A stretch of DNA of 64,000 nucleotides from Phoronis australis. Its lineage: Eukaryota > Animalia > Phoronida. The notes beneath the pieces were generated by a model that saw nothing but the letters and a program-made list of their open reading frames with translations, was not told where the DNA came from and searched no databases. Position numbers and translations under genes: made by a program. The stretch covers positions 144,187-208,186 of the forward strand of contig NMRA01000494.1 in NCBI GenBank assembly GCA_002633005.1, read 5' to 3'. Position 1 is the first letter of the stretch; every line of letters starts with the position of its first letter. Of the stretch, positions 13,301-26,800 are shown piece by piece.

Positions 13301-16300
13301 GCCACATTGGCAGTATTAAGGAGGAATTGCTCTAACAGAATAGATACGTCATGTTTTCACACTCACAGGGACATTAGCTTCAGTCAAGTCATAGTACCAG
13401 CGCGAGCTAGGAACTTAGACGGACTGTTATTAGCTCAGGCACAAGCTTAAAATTTAAATTAGTATGTTAATCACGATACCAAACGTCTGGATAGCAATAC
13501 ATTAGTGTACCAAAAACACCTAAACACTTTGTTTTGATCTAATAATCTATCAAGCTCAGCTAATGTGAGGATGGCGAAAAAAATTCCTTGATCCACGAAT
13601 ATGTCATAAATACGTCTTTTAAGTCTGCTATTTGAGCAATTCAATATGCAACGATTGCATTTCGGCAAAGAGCCGATCAAATCATAGGGAGGGTTTCTCG
13701 GTGCTCCTTTACTGAAGATATTAACATGATTTTCCAGGTTTTGATCAGCTGACCATTTAGATTGATTTTCGTACTAAAAATTGTTTCTAAAAACTTTACA
13801 TGGTTTTTAAAACTTCAATTTGATCAAGTTGCTAATTTTTAAAGTTCTTTTGCTACAAGAGCTAAATGGCCCAGTTTTCTTCAAAGAGGTATTACTCTTA
13901 GGAAAATGACTTCTAAATCATCAAAACTTACTCTCAAAATCCGTTCGGTCAGCTGGCTGATACTCGAGGCATTCAGATATCAGCTTTAAGAATATAGACG
14001 GTTCACAACCCTGTAACTCATTTACGAACGGATCTTTTATGCCACGCTTGATTTGTTCTTTAATAGCTTCTTCTGGCAAATCTGGAAGGGATTGCTGTAT
14101 ATTTAAGCTTGAAATTAAAGAGACGCAGGAACAAAGGAAAAACCCAAAGGCCGGTGTCAACTAATAAGTATTGCTGTTAGACTACAGGATAGAGGAGTAG
14201 AGTTCTGCAGTGGCAGTAACAGAACTGAGTAAGACAATAAGTATACAAAACTTCCAATTAATATACAGACCAAATATAGAAGTATGATCAACCTTTTAGC
14301 AGAGATTCTTCCTTCATGAGTTCAGACAGGAGAACACCAAAGCTGCAAAGACAGGGATATCCAGTGTCAACGACAATGCTATGAAAAATTATTCACATTT
14401 TTACAATTTAGGTTAGAAGATATATTGAACTTTAACACGGCTTTCTGTCCCTCATAGGTGCTACTGGACATTTTCTAATTGACAATTACATGTACACAAT
14501 ACGACTGCTTATTACCAGCTGGAATTAAATACGCACTTTCCACAGCATCTGGACTTTGTTTGTGGATTAGTGAATAGAGATGGGTGTAAGAAATAACCCT
14601 GTATTATAATGATTGATTTGGAACAAGGTACTGTTTACATTGCGTACCTCCAGACATCTGTTTCGGGACTGTTTTTGGGAATAGTTCGCTCGACTATCTC
14701 TGGCTTGAAAAGCTCTGGAGCCATGTGCGATAAAGTTCCTTTGGGATCAGTTGTATTAGTTCGGTCACTAGTGTAGCTCTGAAGAATTGACAGCCCGAAA
14801 TCTCCCACCTATAAATGCATAATGGTCCGATCAGTTTTATCCTATAAGTGTGTCAACGGCTGCCCACGCTCGATGCCATTTAGCGCCTCCCATTGAGCGT
14901 GTTCATTACCTTCCATGGGCGGCGCTTCATAGTGGAATCACAGGCACCTTTAAGTAGCTCTGTACAATATAACATAAAAAGAGAAAGGTACACAACTGAC
15001 ATTCAATATGGACGTCTGCCGGCCACTTCCGGAATAACCCAAGCACCATGCGTCAAATCTGAGAGTAATTTAACTCAAACATTTTATCTGCGACAGCAAC
15101 ACGTTCATTGCTTCCATTTGTTGACATCGAAACCAATAAATATCGTAAATACCTCCAGATCTTCCTAGTTCAATCCTCAACATTCACGACAAAGCGAAAA
15201 GCAAGAAGGCCTCATGTCAGTTTCGTCTAATGCGCAAGCTCATAAGGTCCCTCGCGACATCTTCAGAGCGCTTACATCAACTAAAAACAGCAACATTCAG
15301 AGAAGGTTATTCCGGAAGTGGCCGGAAGACGTCCATACTGAATGTCAGTTGTGTACCTTTCTCTTTATATGTTATATTGTAGAGAGCTACTTAATGGTGC
15401 CTGTGGTGGAATGAAGCGCATAGCCCGGCCCCACTTATTTTAGTGTCCCGCCAAAACCTTCAAACGGGGCTCAAATGACATGCATGACAATGCAATAAAA
15501 CATTAATGCAGTTTTTGGAACTTGGTAGTTTTATTTTTTATTTTTCAGAGAACTTTGATGACATTCGATAATCTTGTCCTGTTGGATTGAATGGTGCCAT
15601 CCCAACGCTCAGATTTTAGAAGCTCAACAAAATAATACTAAATTTGCTTTAACATCAATGCAACCATTCTGGACTCACAAGCATCCTTAGCTTCTGACCG
15701 TCCCCAATGAACTATATCATACTAAAAGTTATGAGACATGGAATCAAATGCGTCCTCACCTTCTGGTCATCCCCAACACCCTATATACAGCACACATCAC
15801 GAATTTTTGTCCGCCCGGTTGGAAATTGGTCGACGACTAGCCGTCGACCGGTCGGCAAATTAGCCGACCGGTCGGCTAAAAATTAGCCGACCGGCAGCCG
15901 CCCGCAGTGTCGACTCATAAGGCGACTCCCCAGCCGACCCTTCAGCCGACCCTTCAGCCGACCGGCCATCAGCTATTTTTAGGATAGAGTAGTAGTTGCG
16001 TAATAGGTTGTCAGGCTGATACCACTTTGCGTGTCGATGCATATTCGTCTAAGCAGAGGGTCAAATAAATTAACCTAGTTTTTCTGTCTCAGTTACATGA
16101 GTTACGTCGGTTGCGAAAGGTTGAAGGCAAGCGGTACTAGTAAACATTGGATTATGGACAATGCAACAAGTTTTGGATGAAAAACGTGAAAGTTTTCCAT
16201 ACATTTTATCATTAATTTGACTCGTGACGTTGACAAGATGTATTAGATTGGTTGCTTCCCGGTCAATACAACGGTATAGTCATTTTGTAGACGCATCTAT

Positions 16301-19300
16301 TTTTAACAGTCTTCGCCCGCAATTGATTTTGTTTGTGTAACGCCAGACTGCATCTTCTTGCGTTTTTTAAGTTCATTGGTCTCCTATCACGCGCCCATGA
16401 TGATGGATTAGTGAGTGAGTTGTTACACCGCGAAGAGCTCTCACTCCGGGGATTTCATTTTCATAGTATTGACCCTTGCAAGACAGACGCGAAATTCACG
16501 GTCCAGTATGCCCTAAACCCACGGACTTCGATGGCTCTAACTTCAAAATCATATTATGGTCACGATTTCCACGAACTAAGACGGTGACATCACCACTGTT
16601 GAGGCTGCAGGCAATTGTAGCTTTGCGAATTCCGTTTTCATGTATTGGTGACGTTAAAATCCGGGCTAGCAGTTATATGTACACACGTAGTCCCCTATCA
16701 GTTGGTCGTTCACGTTGTTCCAAAAATAAATATTTTCTGTCATTAACATATTGACAAATTATGCAAAATAAAACAATTGTGAACGGGAAGATGTGGATAC
16801 GTGATGATGAACTATTCAGTACGCGGCTTATGTGCGCGAACCTTTGGTAAAGCGATTGCGATGGCAAAAAATGATAGAAAATACACAAAGGTGCACTTTT
16901 GAGAAGCAAAGCGTTTGGTGATATTGATAGCGTATGANGAGTTTTGCACATTCTAATGATTCACCACTCGAGATTTGGTTCCATTTCAGTCCTAAAATCG
17001 CAGAATAATTCTTTTGTTCTCAACTGTAAGAAATAATACTATTTTTTGAAACGATGCTCAGTCGTAAAAAAGTTTCCAGCATGAAATGAAATGCCAAGTA
17101 CACACAGCGTTGTAAGACAGAGAAGTTGGCGTTTCGGTATGTCCATAAAAGTGCTTAGAGCACTGTGTACAAATTTCTCCATTTCGCTTTTCTACAGTGA
17201 CGACTATGGTCAACTCGGTGTTATAAAAAAGTACACTTTTGAGGGCATTTTCAAAAATAAATGTTTGGTTGATGAATTCAGCGAGTCGGTGTCCACGGCA
17301 GAAAATGGTATCTGCGTAAAGAAAGAGTTGCGTTTTCAAAACATTCAGAGCATGAGCTCAAGGACTACCTGAGACTGGTATTTTTGTCCAATGAATATAT
17401 AGCTCTTAGAAAACTGTTACCCCGAAGAAATGTGCAAAATACGAACATCATTTACGGAAGGTTGTACTAGAAGTGATTCGTTGCAATGGAGCAGCAACGG
17501 GATAGTAAAAACACTGTGCTGTACACTAGTTAGCTGAATGGAAAGCTGAAGCGAAAACATCCAGAACACACATTTTCTATTCAGGAATTGAAATCTCTAT
17601 AGAATCAAAAACAATTGGCAACCAGGATTCATTGTGTCAGAAAACTTATCACGCCAGGAGAGGGAGGTGTTTTCAAGCCCGGAGGCTACGTGATCACCTA
17701 TTATGCAATGGTGACAATCCAGTGTGTACCTATACATTGGCATCTATTGTAAAACGTGGATTAGACAAAAGAAATTCAACCGCATTCCCAAGATAATAGG
17801 TCTGTTGTCGGCGAGAGGTTGAACATATAGCCCTTGTTTATACAGCACACATCACGAATTTTTGGCCGCCCGGTCGGAAATTGGTCGACGACTAGCCGTC
17901 GACCGGTCGTCTAATTTGCCGACCGGTCGGTTAAAAATTAGCCGACCGCCAGCCGCCCGCAGTGCCGACTCATAAGGCGACTCCCCAGCCGACCCTTCAG
18001 CCCACCGGCCATCAGCCGACCAGCTGGTCGGCTGCTATTTTTAGGCTAGAGTAGCAGTTGCGTAATAGGTTGTCAGGCTGATACCACTTTGCGTGTCGAT
18101 GCATATTCGTCTTAGCACAGGGTCAAATAAATTAACCTAGTTTTACTGTCTCGGTTACATGAGTTCACGTCGGTTGTGTAATACCACTAATTCGAAGGTT
18201 GAAGGCAAGCGGTAATAGTAAACATTGGATTATGGACAATGCAACAAGTTTTGGATGAAAAACGTGAAAGTTTTCTTTACATTTGATCTTTAATTTGACT
18301 CGTGACGTTAACAAGATGTATTAGATCGGTTGCTTCCCGGTCAATACAACGCTGTAGTCATTTTGTAAACGCAGCTATTTTAGCAGTCTTCGCCCGCAGT
18401 TGATTTCAAGTTGTTTGTGTAACGCCAAACTGCATCTTTTTGCGTTTTTTTAAGTTAGTCACCGGTCTCCTGTCACGCGCCCATGATGATGGATTAGTGA
18501 GTGAGTTCTTACACCGCGAAAAGCTCTCACTCCAGGGATTTTATTTTCATAGTATTGACCCTTGCAGTACAGACGCGAAATTCACGGTCCAGTATGCCCT
18601 AAACCCACGGACTTCGATGGCTCTAACTTCGAAATCATATTATGGTTACGATTTCCACGAACTAAGACGGTGACATCACCACTGTTGAGGCTACAGCAAA
18701 GTAGCCTTGCGCATTCCGTTTTCAGTGTATCGGTGACGTTAAAATCTGGGCTAGCAGTTACATGTATACACGTAGTCCCCTATCAGTTGGTCGTTCACGT
18801 TGTTCCAAAAATAAATAGTTTCTGTCAACAACATATTGACAAATTATGCAAAATAAAACAATTGTGAACGGCAAGATGTGAATACGTGGTGAAGAGGTAT
18901 TTGTCTCTACGCGGCATATGTGCGTGAAACTTTGGTAAAGCGATTGCGATGGCAAAAAATGATAGAAAATACACAAAGGTGCACTTTTGAGAAGCAAAGC
19001 GTCTGGTGATCTTGATAGCGTACATGTATGATCTGGCCACCTCAGGTAGTAAGTGACGCTGAATGAGAAGTGGTAACTACATGTTTGGCGCGAAAATAAA
19101 AAATCATGCTTGTATTGCCAGCCACCCCCCTCCCCGAATTTTGCACATTCTAATGAGTCACCACTCGAGATTTGGTTCCGTTTCAGTCCTAAAATCGCAT
19201 AATAATTCTGTGCTCAGCTGTAAGAAAAAATACAATTTTTTGAAACGGTGCTCAGTCTTAATAAAGTTTCCAGCATGAGAGCGCTTTGATCAGAAATGCC

Positions 19301-22300
19301 AAGCACACGCAGAGTTGTAAGACAGAGACGTTGGCGTTTCCGTATGTCCACAAAAGTGCTTTGAGCAGTGTGTACAAATTTGTTCATTTCGCTTTTCTGC
19401 ACTGACGACTATGATCAACACGGTGTTTTAACTACACTTTTGAGTGCATTTTCAAAAATAAATGTTTGGTTGGTGAATTCAGCGAGTCGGTGCCCACGGG
19501 CAGGAAAACGTATCTGCGTAAATAAAGAGTTGCGTTTTCAAAACATTCAGAGCATGAGCTCAAGGACTACCTGAGACAGAAAATAAAACCGATTACCAAA
19601 CAGAAACTTGTCCAATGAATATATAGCTCTTGGAAAACTGTTACCCCGAAGAAATGTGCAAAATACGAACGTCGTTTACGAAAGATTGTACCAGAAGTGA
19701 TTCGTTGCAGTGGAGCCGCACGGGATAGTAAAAACACTGTGCTGTGCACTAGTTACCTGAATGGAAAGCTGAAGCGGAAAAATCCAGAACACACATTTTC
19801 TATTCAGGAATTGAAATCTCTGTAGAATCAAAAACAATTGGCAACCAGGATTTATTGCGTTAGAAAACTTATCACGCCCGGAGAGAATTGTTTTCATGCC
19901 CGGAGACTACGTGATCACCCATTATGCAATGATGACAATCCAGTGTGTACCTATACATTGGCATCTATTGTAAAACGTGGATTAGACGAAAGAAATTCAA
20001 CCGCATTTCGAAGATAATATATCTGTTGTCGGCGAGAGGTTGAATATATAGCCCTTGTTTAGTATAGTACGGACAGTATCACTTTGAAAGATCAATGCTT
20101 GGGGATGGTGACGTGGTGTTCTGGCGTGAAAGTTACTGACATGGTAAGTTTTTGAACCTGACTTATTAAATTTTCAGTTCGGTCGTATTTTATTTTGATC
20201 CTGAAGTGAAGAATTTTTGGTCCTCACTTGATAAATTATAGGTGCTGATGTGATAAATTTTCAGTCTTGACGTGGTGAATTTGGTCTTTATTTGCTCTTT
20301 GGTCTTCTGTGTGAAAACAATCTCAATGTATTGGATTGTTTTAATTCCTGCTTAAGTAAAATGTCTGGTTTTGAGATATTTATTTTTGGTCCTGGAGAGT
20401 TTGCATGTTTTGCTTGGTTTTAATCATGCATAGAAAAGATATGTCGTTAAATGTTTCAAATTAGGCCTCCCATAAATGGGGGGAGAGCAGGTTGTGTAGC
20501 ATCGTACTATGTAACTTCTAATATAAATCTAGGTGTTCGTGATTTAGTAATACTATGAAAAATGAGTAGTTTTGACTATGAAAAATGAGTAGTTGAGGCT
20601 TCTTTTGAAATACTGTATCCTTTGTATATGCCTGGTGTACAAGGCTCAGTGTGATATTATCTAAGCTTTATTATCCTCTATTGCTTAACAACTATATATC
20701 TTCATTCATGCCTGTAAAAGAGGTACTCCCAGGATCATCAAGCATGTGTATGTTTTTATTCTAATGAGGCGTGCTTCGAATGTACAATTAGTAATTATAC
20801 TTTTGCAGTGGTTCATAACAAACGGATTCATTAAACCCAGTAAATATTTTTGCAACTGCTGACTCTGCATATCAGACGTGCATATTGCATCATACCTCAT
20901 CAGAGTAAAACTTGTTATCAATCATAGTAGAAAAAAATATTTTTATCATTGCCACAAGACGTTAACAAACGCAGTGAGCGTCTGTAACTGTTGTGTCTAG
21001 ATTGCTGATGAACTAAAGTCGGTCTACATGTATTTCCATTTTTATATCACTGATTCATGCCAAAGGTTTGAAATTGCGCCCCCTTAAGAATTTTGACTTG
21101 ACCTTGTGTTCATTAGAATCCGAGGCAATAAACTAATAGAAGTTGTTTTTTAACCAGTGTAATATAGCTGAAAATTGTGTGCGTTTTCGTTTGCGAGAGT
21201 GTTCTTTTTGAAACAATGGGTTAATCATTTTTACGCTCTACATGAAAACACAGATTACTTTTTTAGCATTACATGTACCAGGTTACCCCAAAAATATTAT
21301 TTTACAAGTTTTACCCCGTTAAGTATACGCAAAACACCAAGTATTGTGTTCTTACGCCAAAGGGCTCGGAAGGCTCTAGCCTTGGTGCGAAGCTGTTTAC
21401 TAAATTATATATACAAATTTGTGCCATTGTGGGTAAAAACTGATCGAATAAAATCTTCCTAGAGTAATCTAAATTATTTACCAGCGTTGCAAAAAATGTT
21501 TTTTTTACAATTATTCTGCTGCTAAGGTTACGGTGTGATCTTATGCGCCGACTTTCGACCCAATGAAATATTGCGTCAACTTTTAGCTAGTTTCTTTTTC
21601 CCAGATTCTTCAATCAAACGTTCTCCAAAGAGGTTGCGTAAACGTCACAACAAATGATCAGAATTGGTTTCACTTCACTATATGTTTTTGGAATTTTGAT
21701 ATCAGTGAACCGAATTTTAGAACAAATTTTGCTGAGATGTTGTCATCATCTAATTTGAGATGTTGAAAACATTTTGGAAGTGGTGCGTGTCACGAATGAA
21801 TTTTTTCTTAACGACGGCATACGTTTTTTCGTTAAAAAGGCAGAGAATCACGCAGGAAGATGACGTCGGATGTTTTTCGCTTAAACGGCCGTAACGGGCA
21901 ACTTGAATGCCAATTGACTTCTAGATTTTGCATCCACATCCGCCGGTCTTGAGCTCATATCGATACAAGCTTTTCGACGAGGTGACAAGCGTAACTATCT
22001 GGGCTGTGTGAAGTTTCGAGGTCTGTTTGATCTCAATAAGCAGTGGCACCTTGCTGTATTTTGAAAATAGTCTTTATACAACTAGCTGGCTAGATAGGAA
22101 TGCTGTGGTTTCGAAAAGATTTTTTACAGCGAAAGTGACAACAATTTCAGAATGATGATGGATGACACTATAAACCGATCACAGTCTTCCGTTTTCATGC
22201 GCCCATGATTTACATGTAATATCGGCGTTATGTTCACACCATTGTTTATATTGTTCCTAAAATAAACTTTGGTTCTATTGCTGTACCAACATATTAAGAA

Positions 22301-23823
22301 ATTATAGAGAAATAAGCAATAATTATCTGTGGTAAATCGCAATATACAGAGTGATGAAGTGATCATCAAGAGCAATAACGGATGAGCGCAAATGCGTGAT
22401 GCTTGTTGAGCATTCCGCTGCATGAAAACACTTGAGGTAGTAAAATATCCAGTGTTGTATTCTGATTTTTATGCAGATTTGCTGTACTAAATTTCAAAGT
22501 TCGTGCTTGTTTTTATGCATAGAATACTGTATAAAAGTCTCATTTCTAAAGTTAGAAATTATGCTTCCACGATATCACTTAACGTTTGATTTTACAACGC
22601 CGTCATTAATTCAACATAACGTTTGAGGCTGGTGTAATGTAACGCACTTCGTATTTGTAGATTGATTCGATTTTACCTCCTTTCAATAGTGCAACAAAAG
22701 TTGATAAACCGATGTCAAGACCGGAGATGCCTCTGGTGAACGAACAGCGAACAGTTAAATGTTTGTTTGGCCAAAGTTCACCCGCTAAGTCATAAAATGG
22801 TAATTGCCGACCAAGGACACGCTTAATCCGAATTGGTCGTCTACGCTAGGCGACCACTTAGCCGACCCAAGTGCCGACCACAGAGGAGACTCAGCAGACG
22901 GCTCCTAGCCGACCGTTGTTGGTCGGCTGCTTGTCGGCTAGACGACCGGTCGTCGACCAATTTCCGACCGGGCGGACAAAAATTCGTGATGTGCACTGTA
23001 TACATCTACTACAAGGTATGACACTCGGGACTAGAGAGTCTACGAGTGCTTCACTTCAGTACATGTAGTCCATATCAAACACACAAATAAAAAAAACTTC
23101 CACAAAACAGGATTCAACCAACCATGAGCAAATGTTTTTCATGAAATCCAATTTAATGGGTCCTCCTCTAGCGTGTTTGCAACAAATTTGCAGTCAAATC
23201 ACAAAAATCTTCCAAAAAGCCGATGCGCACTAGCTCCCCTGTCCCACGGAAATTGCCCGGTTTTTCAGGGAAGGTCACGGTGTCGATAATTCCACACTTA
23301 GCGAGACCATTCCGTAACTTTCCGTAATGAACCGGCAATTGCCGTCCATCCGTAACTCATCGGATAATTCCGTACCGTCTTTGACCTTGAATCGAATAGC
23401 GCGGGACAGGGGAGTTGGTATATGTACATATCCTATGCTTGGGAAGATTTGTTGCGTTTGACTTCAAATTTGTCGCAAACACGTTGGAGGGGGACACCGT
23501 GGATTGTATTGGAAGAAAGAACAATTGCTCATGATTTGTTGAACGCCAGCTTTTTGTTGATGTATTTAGTTTTATGGTCGATACGGACGGCTGAAATGAA
23601 ACGCCAGTGGAATTTTTAGTCCAGAGTTTCATATCTTGTAGTATTAAAGTGTATTGGGTACGATCGATTGGTGTACATAAAGTAATATCCCGCTCGACAT
23701 TATTCCGAGCAACGATCTCGACCTTGGGTCTCCGTAGATGATGTCTCGTGGGCTATTACTTCAGTCACCTTACTCTCTGTACGTTCTGTGTAAATATATA
23801 AGTATATATACATATACATATAC

Positions 23824-23876
<53 letters not shown>

Positions 23877-26800
23877 ATCGCTCCGTACACACAACCAAAC
23901 ATACCGATGAAGTTACGGATTCAGTAGCTAAAACCAACTCTTCCTAATTTTGCTGCTGGCATTTTACCTTAACTCAAAATCATTGGTCTAATTTTATAAC
24001 TCAGTTCATTACCTTGGCTTTAAATCTGTCATCAATTAAGACATTGCCCAGTTTTAGATCGGCATGGACAATACTCGGTTTATTGCTGTGCAGGAAGGCC
24101 ATACCTTCACATATATCTTTCATCATGTCAACCTGCAACACAGCCAACACACTATTAATTAACATTGCTCTATGGTAGTTCGACAGCAAACTGGATTTGG
24201 TGACTTTGTGAAATACTCACGAAGCCTTGACGTTGACATCATCGATGAAAATGGTGCTGCTGTAGATCTACTGGATTTAAAAAAACGCACCATCCAGTCT
24301 CTAACTGAATTCCTCCAATTGCATGAAGCAGTACCTATTACAGACTCAACTAAGTTGTGTAAATCTTTGGCGAATTTGTTCCATTCAGCACTCGCATATG
24401 TAACATTTTTATCATTCTATATTCAGTTTGAGCTCGTCCTTGACTAACGATGTTTTCTGAGGATACAAATAAAATTGGGTCCTTACTTCATTCAAACTAG
24501 TAATGTACTTGGTCTTTATATTGGGAGCTTTGCTTGAAAACATTACAAACCATTTTCAGTAATACTGAGATTCGACTCTAAAACTCTTGATTTGTAACAA
24601 AACTAAAAATTAGCTAAGTAACGATACTCAAACGCACCTTGCAATTATCCATATCGGATATGGAGATAAATCTTAACATGAAATCGTAGTAAAATTCCAA
24701 CATGCGCAAGTTCACGTACTGATAGACTTAGAATCCTATTTCAAGTGCCAGGTTCAGGCGGAGGGTCTTTGTTTTCAACTCCACGTTGTCGGTTCCGTTC
24801 CCGATGTAGCTGACATGTCTAAAGTCCGGGAACTGTACTTCCCGTTGAGCCTTAGCCTCTTAGGAGTACTTCACGTCGCGGTGCTTTTCTTGATTCGTTG
24901 TCGTCATACCATACGCACTGTTACTTACACGTATAAGGTTCATCGTCTGCGATAACATACCTTTGTTTTTGTCTTTGTCACCTTCCCGCCTAGTGTTGCT
25001 GATGCCCTCACCCAAACGCTCCAAACATTTTACTGTAGCGCATTCTACGTTTACTATCTCCAGGCACAATCCAAGCAAAATTTTAGAAGCGGGGTTGCCA
25101 ACACATTTGTTTCACCGAAGAAATTTCCCATCAGAGATGGTCGTGGTAGGTTCATTCTTTTTGTTTCTCTCAGTGTACACCAGCATAGAGTCTCCTATTT
25201 CGTCTCTGCTAATGCTGCAGTCTTCAATCAACTGTAGGTTGCATTTCTGACAAGCGCTCTCTCAGATGCCTCGGGACGTCGGTGTCACAATCCACAACCC
25301 GAACTAAGCACGGTCTAGAAGAAATGTCTTTACGTGTTTTCTCGTCCAGCTGTAGAAATGTTCCATAGGTATCTTTTATCTTGAGAGAAAAAAAACGTAG
25401 GGGGTCGCTTTCAGTTTCAAATCCTCAAATTGCCACTCCGAGATCAGATATTAATCGAAGGCTCGATCGAGGATAAAGCCTTTAATCTTTCTAGTATTTC
25501 CCATAAACTCACTCATGTCCACGTTTCGAGTTTCGTTCCTCGCCCTCGGAGTTCCGTTTTCTGTTCTCGTGAGACATCAGTCGTGGACTTGCCAGTAACA
25601 TTCTGGAATTGCAACTTACCTTGTGTCACTGACTGCAACGTTTTTCAGCCCAGCGGTGGATTATGGGGGATCCAAGGTGGCCAAGGCCACTCTTAAAATT
25701 CTCCGAGACACCATTTGGAAGTTCGGGGGTACGCATTGCTGACTAGCATATGCGCGCAACCAGGAGGCTCGGGGTGCGAATGCACAACGCGTAAACCTTG
25801 AACAAACTCATTTGCCGTGTTTTTGTAGCAAGATCTGCAAACCCAAAATATCGAGTCCCCCGCATACCTACATGTACGTTTTAGGCTGGACTCGCACTTG
25901 TGGCGAAATTCTGGTTATTCCTGTTCTCGCACTAAAAGTCCTTAAAATAAAGTTGCACATTTGTGACGTCTTTGTCACCTCTTTCCAGTAGGAAGGTGAT
26001 GTCAGTTCCGGTGGCACACATCACGCGTGATCTTTGAATTTTCAAATTTGAACTTTGACCGAGGAGCCACACAACCGGGGCGGCTAAACAACTTAATAGT
26101 CTATTTGCAGCATTCGCGAATTATGACAGTGACTGAGATAACAAGTTGATAGAAAAAAGAAAACTGTGAACGAGTCGACGTATGTTCTTGTAGATAATGA
26201 CTAACTTACCTGTATGCTGATGGGTATGTGTTTTCCGTTCATCTTTGTTTGGGTCATTAAATCCGAAAGGGATCCATTTTTCATCAGTTCTAGTACGAGC
26301 CCACACACGTCCTCCAAAATGATGCCATAGATCTTGACAATGGTCGGATTCTCTATTTTGCACATTATTTGTGCCTCCTTACAGGTCAAGATCTCATGCC
26401 TCTGACTGAAACGCATATGAGTTTGCTTACGTTGATGTTCAAGTAGACTCGCAAAAACATCATGGTATTAACAACTAAACATTCGACTAAATCAAACTGG
26501 TGTTAACAGGAAAGATGCCATGACAACCCGTTCCGTCAAAGAATCAAAGTTCAATGTACACCACCCACCTTGCCCTATAAAAATGTTTTTAAGTTCTTCA
26601 GGCAATATGTGGTTTCTGAGCTCTGAAACCACGCAAAATGACTCGCCGTGACAAGTCAACTTACTTTCCAAGTCCAAAGATTTCAAGTGTTTGGCTTAAT
26701 ATTGGCAAAAGGATAGCCCTAGACGATTTCTTATTCAAACCTGCACCGGACCATGGCCCATCAAAATTTCCTGGTCCTCATAAAGCGCAAAAGGTTCTTA

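Noticed and set aside
13921-13931. Kinase-only protein ending FESKF* by read-through of exon 6
   Set aside because: The consensus donor GTAAGT and phase-compatible exons 7-11 favour splicing; it remains possible only as an intron-retained isoform.
10374-18867. Recurring ORF MQYRREIHGPVCPKPTDFDGS in three places
   Set aside because: It lies within three copies of one TIR element, is frameshifted between copies and has no recognisable domain.
24172-24447. 91-aa plus-strand ORF with protein-like composition
   Set aside because: Antisense intronic, no recognisable motif and no supporting exon chain.
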